The notes beneath the pieces were generated by a model that saw nothing but the letters and a program-made list of their open reading frames with translations, did not search any database and had not been told where the DNA came from. A program made the position numbers and the translations under genes. Below, piece by piece: positions 47,354 to 61,656 of a DNA stretch of 64,000 nucleotides. The DNA is taken from contig NC_089431.1 in assembly GCF_026210795.1 (NCBI RefSeq), positions 620,001-684,000 of the forward strand, in the 5' to 3' direction. This DNA comes from Rhizophagus irregularis. Taxonomy: Eukaryota. Numbering within the stretch: position 1 is the first letter of the stretch; every line of letters starts with the position of its first letter.

Positions 47354-48903
47354 TGTATTATTACTTATAAAGAGTGTATATATATTTTTACAAAATAAAA
47401 TAAAATGAATAAATTACAAAGGTTAATTAACCTAATAAGTACAATATATTACAAAGATTACAATCGAGAAGACTATTCATTATTCCTGCTTTATAAAGAA
47501 AACTAAAATTTGTATAAATATCTAAATTTTTTTTAAAAAATAAATAAATCAATAAAGAAATAAATAACCTTATTTTCAAAGATTGTAATTGTGACCTGCC
47601 ACAAGAGATTTAAACTTTACGAATCTGCCACTCGGTCATACGTCTAATCTAATTCTTCAACTTTTCTCTCGAGAAAACCTTGTGAAGTATGATGTAATTG
47701 TTAAATCAAATGGATAATTTCATTATCCTAACGTATTGTCATCTTAAGTATGATCCTTGTTGAATTAAGATGGTTCTTAGTAAATTGTGATAGACTATCT
47801 ATATTAGTGTGCCTTTTGCCTGGCTGATAAATGATTTAAAGTCATAAGGTAGATCGGACATATCAAAATACTCGCTATAAGTTTAAGCTCTATGGCTGAA
47901 AGATTTATTGCTATTATACCCACACCCTTTCGATAAGATGACCTGTACTAAGCCAAAAAATAAAGATGCAGTTTCATTGGGACGATTGTCAATAATAAAT
48001 ACCTTCAAATCGATTCAGTGTTTCCAGGTTTACTAATGGCAAAGGAAAGAAAGCTTCCACATTTATATTCAACGCTTCTAGCTTTGCAATAAAAGATTTC
48101 AAAAACTCTAATATTCATATCACAATCAATTATTCTTGAAATGACATACCACAGACTTGAAGCACATATTGCTTCTCCATGAAACAGATGGAAAGCGTTT
48201 GTGTCTCAAAATAAAGCAAGGAATGTACATATGATTGCAAGTTGAAATGCTCATTGAGAAAGGCTGAAAGAGCCCTAAAGCATTTAACTAAAAAACCTAC
48301 AAATTAAACTATATCCATGATTTTCCCGTATGAAAGTCTCGTGAATCTTCGTTAACATTAAATTGCAGTACGTTTACTGAACTACAATTTTGGTACAGTA
48401 GAGAACTAATAAAGGTAATTTTAATTTTTGGTTCGACTTGTTAGTTTTATATGTCGCACAGGAATCGGATAATCTAAATTTTCATTGGACGTGATCTTTG
48501 GCCGGCACTAAACACTATTACATCCTCGAAAATTAGTGGTTGTTAAGCCGTGCATATTAATAATTACTGAATTAAGATATTATTAAAAAAAAAATAATAA
48601 TAATTTTATGAATAATATAATCCAATATTTATTTTAAATTTATATTTAACTTTATGGTAATTAAAAAAATTACTGTAAATGTCGGTGACCTGTCGGAATA
48701 ACTCCGTCGGCGGAACGTAATTGTCGTTGTTAAATGCTCCCCATTTAATCAACTTTCGGCATATATTAATTGCCAAAATACTGCCGAAATCCAAATTACT
48801 ACTAACCATAATGTTCTACAACAGGTATAGTAAAAAAATGTGGACTGGATAAATCCAACATTTCTTTATGAATTTGATTTTACCGGTTCTATTCAACCGA
48901 ATT

Positions 48904-49251
48904 ATTTATCCGGTATCACGTGATTTTTTATAATTACAGCAAAATTCGAAATATAGTGGACACTTGAAAATTTTTATTGTCGGGATTGTCGGGTAATTGG
49001 ATTACTCGGCTAGTCGGGTTATTAGAAAAGAAAATAACACGGGTATACCTTAATTAAATTTTAATATAATATAATTACATTATATAGCAGATAGTATATA
49101 CAATTATACTTTATACTATGCCATCATATATGTACAGTATATTTTCTAATAACCGATAACCGAGTACCAGACAATCCCGACAATAAAATGTCCACTATAT
49201 TTCGAATTTGCTGTAAATCAGGCTATTCAAATCACGTGATACCGGATAAAT
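48904..49251. mobile_element. Nested inverted-repeat structure: Tc1/pogo-like MITE (48937-49213, TA flanks) inside a 23-bp outer inverted repeat
   Basis: Inner TA|CAGCAAAATTCGAAATATAGTGGACA...TGTCCACTATATTTCGAATTTGCTG|TA. Outer ATTTATCCGGTATCACGTGATTT at 48904-48926 and its exact reverse complement at 49229-49251. Confidence 0.8.
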
Positions 49252-50951
49252 CACTTATTCGGCACTTCGAGCCGAAAAACTAAAGCTGGGATTCTGGGAA
49301 TCAAATTTGATCAGTTGATCTCGGGCTCCTGCGAAGCTCGGATCAACCTGATTTACCAATATTGCCGAATAACTATTATTATATACTATAATTGTTTTGT
49401 ATGTTTCTGATTCACGGATAAAATTCGGATAAAATTTTTACGGGATTAATATATATGTATTCTTATACATAAAGGTATTAAGTGATCAATTTAAATGCAG
49501 TTAATAAGCTAAACGTTTTGAATTATGTTACCATTAATCCCTTAATTGATGTTTGCTTAATTGTCCAAAATAGAGCATGCACACTTTTAAATGATGGATT
49601 AACAATCCCTTTATCTCACATGTTTCTGTAATAGAGAAGTCACTTTTACAATTTTATAAAAAAGTATTAATAACAACAAAGTTAATTTATTATACCGGAT
49701 GAAATTTTATTATTTATATAATAAATTTATATTTTCTTTTATTTAAACAAAAAAATAAATTTATCAAATCACCTTGGTAGCTTTACCTGATACCGTGGTA
49801 ATGTTATTAACTTCTCCATGGCGTATTGATTTTGCAAAACAGCGTCTACCATTATACCTTACTTTGTAACTTTGTACCAATGATGTAATTGAAGATCAAT
49901 AACTGTTCTCCATGTTCTAATGACAAATATGCTGTCATTTTTGAATGAATGTAAGAATGCAAGCTAATGATATTCCTGCTGTATAGCTAAACAAAATACA
50001 TGAAACTCCTTTAATATAACTTCAAACTCCCGAGCATATTACATGCATTCTTTTCGCAACTGAATGCTGGACGCCATTTGCTCAAATACCGATCAAATAT
50101 AAGATTTGCGCATAAGATCCTGACATAATGCGTACTAATTATTTTTTTTATTATATGACGCTATGCCGGCTATGACATTCTAACGGTTACTGCGACATGA
50201 TCTCAATTGCAATGAAATTTTAATTTATTGAATTTTCAATGTAAAAGTGCCAATCGATGAAAGAACTTCTAAATTAATTTGTTTTAGGTCCCGTAACAGA
50301 CCATATGTCTTGTAGCACTCTTGTAACCGATCAACATTTCGATCGACCAATACGAATGGAATCATCGGCCCGATGCTATTCCACGGAAATAAATCTACCA
50401 AATTAGTCTGCAAATTTTCGGGAAAAAGAGCCCCAATAATAGAAGTAAATTTAGTTATTGGTTTTATTGGTTTTAAAAGTACTGCTCCACTTGATTACTT
50501 GTAGTGAAAGCATATCAATTTGATCATCATACGTAAATTCAGATTGATTGTTGATTCCGTAAAAGGTGTCTTAAAGTATAAATGTATTGCGTGTTTATTG
50601 GACGGATAAAAGTCTGTCCGCAATATAGGAATTTCCAAATGCATATCGATGAGTTTCGATTAAGCTGATACCTGAAGAAAAATTATAAATATACCAGGTC
50701 AAAACTGAATTTTGTTAATTTGTTCACAAACGTAAAAAACATAATCATATATCTGATATGTTATATTTACGATTTGCGAACTAATTAATTAGAAACACAC
50801 AATTTTTTTTTTTATTCTTTTAATAATAATAATATTAATATTTAATTAATTAAGAAATATTAGAACTAAGCCAATTTATAAGCATAATATAAGCATATAA
50901 GAAATCGACCAAACTAAAGTTAAATTATATTATAAGCACACATATATAATA

Positions 50952-53900
50952 ATGGCAGAAGGAAATTCTGACACTGAATCAGCAACCAAAAATGATAATA
51001 AATCGGTTTCATTTATTCAATTATTTCGATATGCATCAACTACGGATAAAATAATGATGTTTTTTGGTTCAATTGGTGCTTTAGTAAGTGGAGTTGGTGC
51101 ACCATTAATGGCTATATTGATGTCCGCTGCTATTCAAGCTTTTCTTGATTTTTCTATCGCTGTGTCAAGGGGAGAAGACGTTGATGTCGCTGCAGATGCA
51201 TTAAAAAATAGCATTAAAACCCCAGTTATATTACTCGTTGCTGTGGCTGCTGCAATATTCATACTTTCTTCCATGCAAATGGGTTTTTGGATGATCGCTG
51301 GTGAAAACCAAGCAAAGGTAATTTTCAACATGGGATATAGTTTCTGATACGGGATAAGTTTATATAATATTTATACCTAACTTTTACCATTAATAGAGAG
51401 TTCGTCAGATATATTATGAAGCAATTCTTCGTCAAAATATCGCATACTTCGACAAAATTTCAACAGGAGATATTGCCAATCGTATTACGTCAGATTCAGA
51501 TTTATATCAAGAAGGTATCTCTGAAAAAGTTGGTTTAATCATTCAATATATTGCCACTTTTATTGCTGGTTTTGTCATCGCTTTCACAAAAGGTAAAATT
51601 ATACGAAATTACTTTTTTAATTTGTTTTTTTTGATAACCATACATATGTTGAATTTGGTTTTTTTTAGAATGGTTACTGGCACTTGTTCTTTGTTGTGCT
51701 TTCCCTTTACTTGCCGGTTCTTCTAGTATTATGGCAAAATTGCTTGCCAGTTCAGCCAAAAAAGGACAAGGTAAATTTTTATTTATTCTTTCATTTTAAA
51801 AATAGTTAAGATAAATAAATAAACAAATAATACTCTTAACAAAATTCTTAGATGTTTACGCAGAAGCTGGAGCAGTAGCTGAACAAGTCTTTTCTGGAAT
51901 AAAAACAGTAACAGCGTTTGGAGGACAACAACGTGAAATAAATCGATACGCTGAAAAGCTTGAAAAAGCTTTTGCGATTGGAAAAAAGAAAGCTTTAATC
52001 AACGGTTTAGCAATTGGATCTATTATATTTATCATATATTGTACTTATTCTCTCGCTTTTTGGTACGGAAGTATTTTGATCGTCCAAGGAAAAACTACTG
52101 GCGGAGATGTTTTGAATGTTTTCTTCGCCATTCTTATCGGTGCTTTCTCCGTCGGTAATGCTGCTCCAAATTTTTCGTCAATTAGTAATGCGCGAGGGGC
52201 CGCGAGTAATTTATTTTCTGTGATTGATCGTATACCTCCTATTAATTCAAGCTCACCTGATGGTAAAAAACTTGATGAATCCACGACAAAAGGACGTCTC
52301 GAATTTAAAAACATTAAATTTAATTATCCAGCTCGTCCGGATATACAAATTCTTAAAAACTTTAATCTTACAATTGAACCTGGTGAAACTGTTGCTCTTG
52401 TTGGTACATCCGGAAGTGGAAAATCCACAATTGTCGGTTTATTAGAACGTTTTTATGATCCGATTGAAGGTCAAATTTTATTAGATGGAGAAGATATAAA
52501 AAACATAAATGTCAAATCATTACGATCACAAATTGGACTTGTTGGTCAAGAACCTGTACTTTTCCCTACAAGTGTACGACAAAATATTGCTTGGGGTGCT
52601 AAAATGGATATGCCTGAACCTTCTTTGGAAGAAATTATCGAAGCTTGTAAAAAAGCAAATGCGACAGATTTTATTAATGAATTACCTCAAAAATATGATA
52701 CTGATGTGGGTGAAAAGGGATCTCTTATGTCTGGTGGTCAAAAACAAAGGTGAGTTTAAACTTGTTTTGCCCAAAAATCGTACCACATCACAAAAATCAT
52801 TAAAATTAATTCTCCTTCAACAGAATTGCTATTGCACGTGCATTGATTAAGAATCCCAAAATCTTATTACTTGACGAAGCAACTTCAGCTCTTGACACTG
52901 AATCAGAACGTCTTGTACAAGATGCTCTTGATACCGCATCAACAGGCCGTACAACAATTGTCATAGCTCATCGACTTTCCACCATCAAAAATGCAGATAA
53001 AATCGTTGTAATGTCACATGGTAATATTCTCGAAGTAGGTCGCCATGATGAACTTATCGCTTCTAAAGGAGTTTACTTTGGTCTTGTCCAAGCTCAAGAA
53101 CTTAAAACTAAAAATGAAGAGTCTCTCGACGAAGACGATGCTCAGAGTGAAGACGATACAGTAATTACTTTTGATGAAAAGAAACACAGAAATTACTTGA
53201 GACGTATGGAAACCAAGGCTTCAACTGTCAAATCAATTAAAGAAATTGAAGAAGAAATGGAAAAGTTATCGAACCAACCTGCTCCAATTGCAAGAGTTTT
53301 GAAATTACAAAAACCTGAAAGTTTGTACTTGATACTTGCCTCTATTGGAGCCATTATTAATGGAGCTGTCACGCCTTTGTTTTCTTTGGTATTCTCTACT
53401 CTATTGAGCACTTTCTCCAATGTTGATAACCCTAGTAAATTACGTCATGACGCAAACTTTTGGGCAGGAATGTTTCTTGTTATTGCTGTAGTTTCGTTTA
53501 TAGCAAATATTTTGCAACATTATTTCTTTATTTTGAGTGGTGAAAAACTTACAAGAAGGATTCGTACTATGGTATTTGCTCATCTTTTAAAACAAGAAGC
53601 TGGATTCTTTGACGAAGATGAAAACAATACTGGAGCTCTGACATCACAATTGTCAACAGACGCAACTAAAGTTGAAGGTTTAACTGGTGCACTTATGGGC
53701 AATATTATTCATTCAGCTACTAACGTAGTTGTTGGTTTGGTAAATGTTGTTTAAATTTTTTAAGTTCTATTATTACTTTGCATATAAACAAATAAATAAA
53801 TAAACTTTTATTCGTTCTTTTTTTTATAATTCATCAGGTAATCGCTTTCATATTTGGCTGGAAATTGACTTTAGTAATTGCGGCAGCAACTCCTTGTCTC

Positions 53901-55388
53901 TTTTTTTCCGGTTATCTACAAATGAAAACTCTCTCTGGACTCGGTAATAAAACTCGTAAAGCATATGAAGAAAGTGGTCAAATTGTACAACAATCGGTCG
54001 CAAATATGCGTACAATCGCAGCTTTGACTCGTGAAAACACGTTCAAAGAACTATATCATGAATCTATCAGACTCCCTCACCGTATTGCCATTAATGGAAG
54101 TGCAGTATCGGCTTTTGGTTTTGGACTCTCTCAGTGTCTTTTATTCTTGGTATACGCTCTCGCTTTTTGGTATGGAGGTCAATTAGTAGCAAAACAAGAA
54201 TATACACAAGTAAATTTTTTTCTCTTATTGTATGTTTTTACAAAATTTTTTGCGTAATACTAAATGTATTTAAATTCAAAATCGTATTATAGCCACAAAT
54301 GATGAAAGTACTTTTTGCAGTTATCTTCTGTGTTATGGCCGCCGGACAAACAAGGTTGGTTGAGGTTGAGAGCTTAGAATCTTATCGAATGATCATTAAT
54401 CGATTTATCAAATTTCTTTTCTTATTTTAAAAGTACCTTTGCTCCTGATTCTGCAAAAGCTAAGAATTCAGCAATATCAATCTTCAAGATACTTGATCGT
54501 GAATCCAAAATTGATCCAACCGATAACGAAGGAAAAGACAGACCTACTCCAGTTACTGGATCTGGTGCAATACATAACGCCCACTTTAATTACCCTGCTC
54601 GTCCAAATTTAAGAATTCTTCGTGGCTTAGACCTTGAAATTGAACCCGGCAAAACGATTGCTTTAGTTGGTGGATCAGGATCCGGAAAATCCACTGTTGT
54701 ATCATTATTTCTTCGTTATTATGACGTTCTTTCTGGTGCAGTTAATCTTGAAAAAGTTAATGTTATGGATTGGAATTTAGAATACTTAAGATCAAACATG
54801 GCTATTGTTGGCCAAGAACCTGTATTGTTTGACTTGACAATAGGTGAAAATATTGCTTATGGTAAAGAAGAATGTACGCAAGAAGAAATTGAAGCAGCAG
54901 CAAAAGATGCAAATATACATAATTTCATTGTTAGTTTGCCAAAGGGTTATGATACACCTGTTGGTGAACGAGGTACTCAGCTTAGTGGTGGTCAAAAACA
55001 AGTAAGTTTATTGATATTATATATGTGTGATTATGAAATTATTAAAACACATTTTTAATTGATAAAAAATCAATTTTTTTTTTAACAATAGCGTATTGCA
55101 ATAGCACGTGCATTAATTCGTCATCCGAAACTTTTACTTCTTGACGAGGCAACGTCTGCCTTAGATTCTGAATCAGAAAAGGTTGTACAAGATGCCTTAG
55201 ACAATGCAGCAAAGGGACGAACAACAATTACAATAGCTCACCGTTTATCAACGATTCAAAATGCTGATTTAATATGTGTTGTTAAGAAGGGTAAAATTGT
55301 TGAACAAGGCCAACATTTCGATTTAATAGCACAAAGAGGATATTATTATGAATTAGTTAATGAACAAATGTTAACAAGCAAAAATTAA
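50952..55388 (+). CDS. Full-length ABCB (MDR/P-glycoprotein-like) transporter, multi-exon
   Basis: [40 protein letters not shown]; second [27 protein letters not shown]. Confidence 0.97.
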
Positions 55389-56010
55389 AATATATTAATA
55401 AGAAACTTCCAATTATGTACATTTTTTTTAAAAAAAAAACTATGAAAATTTAAGGTTTAATGTAATAATTTTTTTAGTCTCTAGAATTTATTTTATTTTT
55501 ATTCTCTAGAATTTTATAGATATAATATATTTAAAATATAAAAAATTTTGTTAATAAAAATTTACTTTTTTTAAAAAAAATGATAACATAATTCATTGTT
55601 TTATCGTTATAAATTTCACTTCATAAATTGCGATAACGCGAACGCATATCAGTGCGATTCGATTAAAAATAGAGGAACAAAAGGTATATGTCTTGTTTTT
55701 ATAAATGAAAACAAGTAGTGTTTGTTAGAATTATTAACACATTTATAACTATTCCGGATCCGAGAATACTGTACAAGAAAAAAAAATTCTTTGTTATACT
55801 TTTGATTATTGTAATACGAATGTCTACTTGTTGCGCCTAAATCATCTAACAGATCGCGAAAGGTGCATAAACATAAGAAGTCGTTTGTCCTTTTGCTTAT
55901 GTGAACGACTGAACCTTCGTCTTATCGCAATTGTAACGTTTTCTGCAGTAAGTTGACCAGATGTCAAAGAAGCTCAAAAGGTAATAATAAAGTCATCTTT
56001 CTTAGTAAGC

Positions 56011-56234
56011 GAGCTTCCATTTGAAATTGGGATATTCAAATGTTCGTTTATAAGATTTATAAGATACAAATGCAAAATTAATGCAACGATTTTTTTGTTA
56101 ATTTTCATTAATTTTATAATAAAAATTATAATAAAATTCATCATATGTAGATTCGAATATCCATTGAGATTTGAATTTATTTATCAAGTATTTTCAGAAA
56201 TTCGAATCTCAATTTGGCTTTCAAACGGAAGCTC
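56011..56234. mobile_element. Small MITE-like remnant with 16-bp TIRs beginning GAG
   Basis: GAGCTTCCATTTGAAA / TTTCAAACGGAAGCTC (1 mismatch); flanks AAGC / TAGC are an imperfect 4-bp TSD. Confidence 0.55.
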
Positions 56235-56845
56235 TAGCTGAAGTATCTGGAATCTAAAATGTTGAAATTATTCTTAAATACTTTCACTAGTATTATTAAC
56301 CTAAAATATAACGAAAGAAAGACGAAAGTTGGCTAATCAATATTTAAATAAGGAAGAACATTATAACTTTCGGCATGGCGATAGTCTAAAAATAAAATTT
56401 ATTATAGAAATTGTTTGCGTTTGCTGAAAATATTTTGTCATTTATCTATCAGCTGTGCATTCTTCACTATTTAATACTAATAATCGCTATATTGAATTTT
56501 GAATATATGTGTAATATTAATTGTATATAACCTGTTCTATTAATATAACCAATCCAACAGGATTAGTAATCGCATAGTACAATATCATTACACCATGATC
56601 ACCTGAATATTCTAAAATCGGTAACAAAAATACAATATATAAATTTAGGTAAACTAAAAATAACTCAATCAAACAATTTCTTTCCTTTTTTCTCAATTCT
56701 CAGGTTAGTAAAAAAAAATTTTTGAAAAATAAAAAATAATATCTTCATTAATTTCTAAACATTTGATTTCTGATATTTTATTAAAATATTAATATTTTTT
56801 TTTTATGCTGATATTGTGTAATTATTTAGTATTTTAGTTATAACG

Positions 56846-58438
56846 ATGTCTTCTATTCTTCCGGAAGACTGTTTATTTAATATCTTTGAATGTCTACGAA
56901 ATGATTTTAGATCTTTGAATTCCTGTGTTCGCGTTAACCGAATTTGGAATGCATGTGTAATTCCAATGTTATGGAGTAATCCCTGGGTTATTGAGGAAAT
57001 AAATAATAAGGTAAAAAGTCAAAAAGGGCAAGTTAAACTTATAGATGTTTTTATTTCAGCTTTACCTCAACAATCCAGAAGTTTGTTACAACAAAGTGAA
57101 CTTGTATTACCAACATTATCTCAACCTTTAATATATAATTATGTGAGTTTTATGAGAATTCTTAATATATCTTATTTTGAAGATTCTATTTGGAATTGGG
57201 TGACAAATCAAAAAATTAAGTCACTCAAAGAATTTATGCAAAAAGTTGAATTAGTTACACTTCATTTATTACAATTAATTTTGAAAGATTCTAAGATTCG
57301 AAAGTTCATCACATATTATGTATCATGCAACAAAACTACTCTCCTTCATTTAGTTAATATTATAACGAAGACTCCAGAAATTGGAAGTTGTTTTTCACAT
57401 CTTCAAGAAATTGAATGTGATAGTACAATTCCAATAATATCTGAAGTATTTGAAATGTTAATACCACATTGTAAGGAATTTAAACGGATCGTAATAAAAA
57501 AATATAAAGATTCAAAAGAATTGGCCAATCTTATTACAGCTCAATCTAATTTACAAGATGTAATTATATATCATGATAATTATAATTTTTTAATGGAATT
57601 AGAAAATCAAAAAGTTTTTGAAGCTATAAGAGTACAATCAAAAAGTTTAGTTCGATTAGAACTTTGTTCTTTTGATTTTCCGATTCATGTACTTGGAGAA
57701 TTTGAAAATTTAGAGGAATTAAAATTATTTAGATATGGATCTGTACTTACTACTCAAGATAATTTGATATCATTATCAAAAATTTCATTAAAAAGACTTA
57801 AAAAAGTTAGTTTTTATAATTGGTTTTTGGTGCATTTAGGCTTCTTTGCTAGTTTCTTTGAACATACTAATGAAGAATTAAGAGAGATAATAATTGGTCC
57901 AAGTTATTCAATTGTTGATCGACAAAATACCGGAAAACTTATTAGTTCAATTGGAATCCATTGTCCGAAACTTGTCACCTTGGAAGTTCCTGCATCACCT
58001 GAAGATGGTCAACAAGTGAAAAATTTATTAGAATCGTGTGATAAAATAGAAAAGATTGTAATTTACAATATTAAGCTTAATTCACCTCCTGCACGTACAG
58101 GAAATTTATTCGTTCAGGAACCTGAGATTAATTCTTCACAAGAAAATTTTACAAAAGAACCCGAACAAGTTAAAGAGAATTTGTTACAAATTTTTACAAA
58201 TCATTTTTCACCAAACTTAAATAGTTTATCAATAAGTGGAATTGGGTTTCCAATTAAAGATATTGAAACATTTCTTGAATATCGATCATCAATCTCTAGA
58301 CCAATTTTATTCTATTTGACCTTTGGAATTGATAAGAAAATCACTAATTTGTTAAATAAATATAAGAAGAAAGGGATTTTGATTGAGGATGAAAAGTATT
58401 TTAGTAAAAAGAAGCCAAATACTAATAAAATTAGATGA
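56846..58438 (+). CDS. F-box / RNI-like leucine-rich repeat protein
   Basis: LPEDCLFNIFECL...SLNSCVRVNRIW..CVIPMLWSNP is an F-box, followed by LxxLxL repeats; 530 aa, intronless coding region. Confidence 0.9.
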   Translation: MSSILPEDCLFNIFECLRNDFRSLNSCVRVNRIWNACVIPMLWSNPWVIEEINNKVKSQKGQVKLIDVFISALPQQSRSLLQQSELVLPTLSQPLIYNYVSFMRILNISYFEDSIWNWVTNQKIKSLKEFMQKVELVTLHLLQLILKDSKIRKFITYYVSCNKTTLLHLVNIITKTPEIGSCFSHLQEIECDSTIPIISEVFEMLIPHCKEFKRIVIKKYKDSKELANLITAQSNLQDVIIYHDNYNFLMELENQKVFEAIRVQSKSLVRLELCSFDFPIHVLGEFENLEELKLFRYGSVLTTQDNLISLSKISLKRLKKVSFYNWFLVHLGFFASFFEHTNEELREIIIGPSYSIVDRQNTGKLISSIGIHCPKLVTLEVPASPEDGQQVKNLLESCDKIEKIVIYNIKLNSPPARTGNLFVQEPEINSSQENFTKEPEQVKENLLQIFTNHFSPNLNSLSISGIGFPIKDIETFLEYRSSISRPILFYLTFGIDKKITNLLNKYKKKGILIEDEKYFSKKKPNTNKIR

Positions 58439-58989
58439 TAAAATTACAAGGGGTGGGCGGCATAGAATAACTATGTTAATTTATTTTGCTATGAGTTTCT
58501 TTGAAAGTTGGAGATTAAATAAAAATATTTATCAATTAGAATTTATATTCATAATTTTAAAAATTATTAATTGATAACTGAAATAAATATTCATAGACGA
58601 AGTAGGATATTTAATAATTTTCTTTAGTCTATTATTATCTGACTGTTACGTGTCATAATGAACATGGTGTGGTGTCCAATTCAAATGAAGCTTTGTTTGG
58701 GAATGAATGTTTTTTTTTTAAAAAAAATGTTCTTTTAATGCAATGCCAAAAAGACTTAATTTCGATCGAAATTCTTTTATATAATGTTAAAAAGGTTTAC
58801 CTAACATTCCCGTGATCCGTATATATATTTGATTCTTGCTACGCAGTATTTCAAACTACGATAGACGCGAGAAAACGGTTAAATCACTCAATGATCAACC
58901 ATATGCAGTATCAGATTATCAATTTCAACCGGATCAATTTTTAAACGTTGATATTCAGAGTTCATTTAGAAACAATAAAAATTTAAAAA

Positions 58990-61586
58990 ATGGCTTATGA
59001 TCCAAGTACATCGTCTAATGTTAAGGAAGTTCAAACAACTCATCTTGAATTAAACTTAAAAGTTGATTTTGAACATAAAATTCTTGATGGAACTGTTACA
59101 TTAAGCCTTGTTGCTTTAGCTGATAATATTAACAAAGTTATTCTTGACACAAGAAATCTCGAGGTTAAGTCAGTTTCGCAAGATGGAAAAGAGCTAAAAG
59201 TAAATATATTATGGGTTTAGTGTGTATTATTTTGGAATATTAAACTCATTTTTTATTCATTTACAACTTTACAAAGTTTAACTTTGGTGATAAAACTGAC
59301 TGTTTTGGAACAAGCTTGTTCATTGACCTCGGTGACCAACATTTAACCACTGGTACCAAAATTGATTTGAAGATAGCCTACAATACTATGAAACAAAGTA
59401 CTGCGGTCCAATGGTTAGAACCAAGGTACTTTACTTATTCAATTAAAATTCGGGTTTTACCTTTTCTACTAAATCTAACGAAAATTATCTCCAAAGCCAA
59501 ACTGTTGGAAAGAAATATCCTTACCTCTTTACACAATGTCAAGCAGTAAGAATTAGAAAAAATATATAAGAACATAACTACGATTGATTTGTTATAAACT
59601 AACTTTTTTTCTTTCACATGGCCTTTTAGATTCATGCACGATCTCTTTTGCCATGTCAAGATTCTCCATGCATCAAATTAACTTACAGTGCCAACATTCA
59701 AGTTTCTCGCCCTCTTAGAGCCTTAATGAGTGCTATTGGAATTGGAGAGGAGGATATTGGTGATGATAGCAAAGTTTACAAGTTTGAGCAGAAAGTCAAA
59801 GTTCCCTCTTATTTAATTGCTTTGGCAGTTGGAAATCTGAAAGGAAAAGAGATTGGTCCTAGATCAACTGTGTGGACTGAACCAGAAGTTTTAGAAGATG
59901 CTGCATGGGAATTTGAAGCTACCGAAAAATTTATTGCTACTGGAGAACAACTTTTGACTCCTTACGAATGGGGAAAGTATGATTTATTGGTTCTTCCTGC
60001 TTCATTCCCTTAGTAAGTTAACATATATATGTGTATATTTTTTTTTAAAAACAAAAAACATTTTACTAATTTGTTTATTTTGGTTAAAAGTGGCGGTATG
60101 GAAAATCCTTGTTTAACATTTGTTACGCCTACTTTATTAGCCAAAGACAGATCTCTTGTAGATGTAGTTGCACATGAAATTTCTCATAGTTGGATGGGAA
60201 ATCTTGTTACAACAGCAAATTGGGTAATTTATCAAAAATAACATTTTATTGATCAAAAGAGGATAGAAATCAATAATGATTAACGATAATCATTTAGGAA
60301 CATTTTTGGCTTAATGAAGGATGGACCGTGTTTATTGAAAGAAAGATTATGGGTCGCTTGCATGGAGAAAAACAGAGCGAATTTGATGCAATTATTGGAT
60401 GGCGTGCATTAGAAGAAGATATTAAACTTTTTGGTGAAGACAATCCCCTTACTGCTCTACAACCTGTATTGAAAGATGTAGATCCCGACGATTGTTTTTC
60501 TTCTGTTCCATATGGTAAAGTTTCCTTTAAATGAGAGACTAAAATTCACAATAACATATTAACGATATAACAATTATAATTTTATTATAGAGAAAGGATT
60601 TAATTTTTTATATCATATTCAGAAAGTAGTAGGCGGACCTGAATTTTTTGAACCTTACATGAAAGCTCATGTTAAAGAATTCGCTGGTAAATCTATTACT
60701 ACTGATGAATGGAAAAATTTCTTATATTCATTCATGGAAAAAAACTTTGGATCCGAAAAAAAGGTTGCATTAGATACAATTGATTGGAAAGGCTGGTTAA
60801 ATTCTCCTGGAATGGTAACTTTTTCAGCAAATAAATTTTAATTGTAAATAAGTATACCTTGCTTATTTACTTTCATTTTTTAGCCGCCAGTTAAAAATGA
60901 ATTTGATCAAACACTTGCAAAAGCATGTAATGAATTGGCTAAAAGGTTCGACCATTTTAATTTTCTTTCCTTACACTGCCAAAGAGGTAAAGGTCAAAAG
61001 ATTCTATTTAATTGTTAAATTAGATGGAATTCAGCAAACAGCAAAGGTCAATTTGAAGAATTCTCAACATCAGACATAGAGAATTTTACTTCCGAACAAA
61101 AGAGTAAGTAACTATTAAGTTATAATTTAAACAATTTATAAACAAAAAATAAAATAACTGTTACCTTTTTTTTAAAAGTCGTATTCTTAGAACGAATATT
61201 GGAGTATCAGCCATTGTCTCATCCAGCAATTATTGCAATGGATAAAGTTTACAAGTTTACTACAGTTCATAATTCCGAGCTTCGTTTTAGGTGGCAAAAA
61301 ATCTGTTTATTAGCAGAATATGAGCCCATATTTCCTCATGTTGTTAAATTTGTAACTGAACAAGGAAGAATGAAATTTGTTAGGCCTTTATATAGGTAAG
61401 TCCAAAATTTAATTATTTATTCATAATTTTAAACAATTTACTTAATTCGCTTCAATTATCTTATTTAGGTTGTTGAATAATACCAAAAATGGCTCTAGTT
61501 TAGCAAAGAAAACTTTTATTGAAAATAGATCATTTTACCACCCTATTGCGGCAGCTATGATCGAGAAGGATATTTTAAAAGAGTAA
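58990..61586 (+). CDS. LTA4H: Leukotriene A4 hydrolase / M1 leucine aminopeptidase, multi-exon
   Basis: [55 protein letters not shown]. Confidence 0.95.
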
Positions 61587-61656
61587 TCATAATTAAGATA
61601 TCGTAATTTATTTATTACTTAATTGTAATTTATACAAATAAATATTTATATTATAT

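Noticed and set aside
47570..50160. Possible decayed coding fragments (47570-48300 and 49770-50160, minus strand)
   Set aside because: Coding-like composition but many stops and no motif I can assign with confidence.
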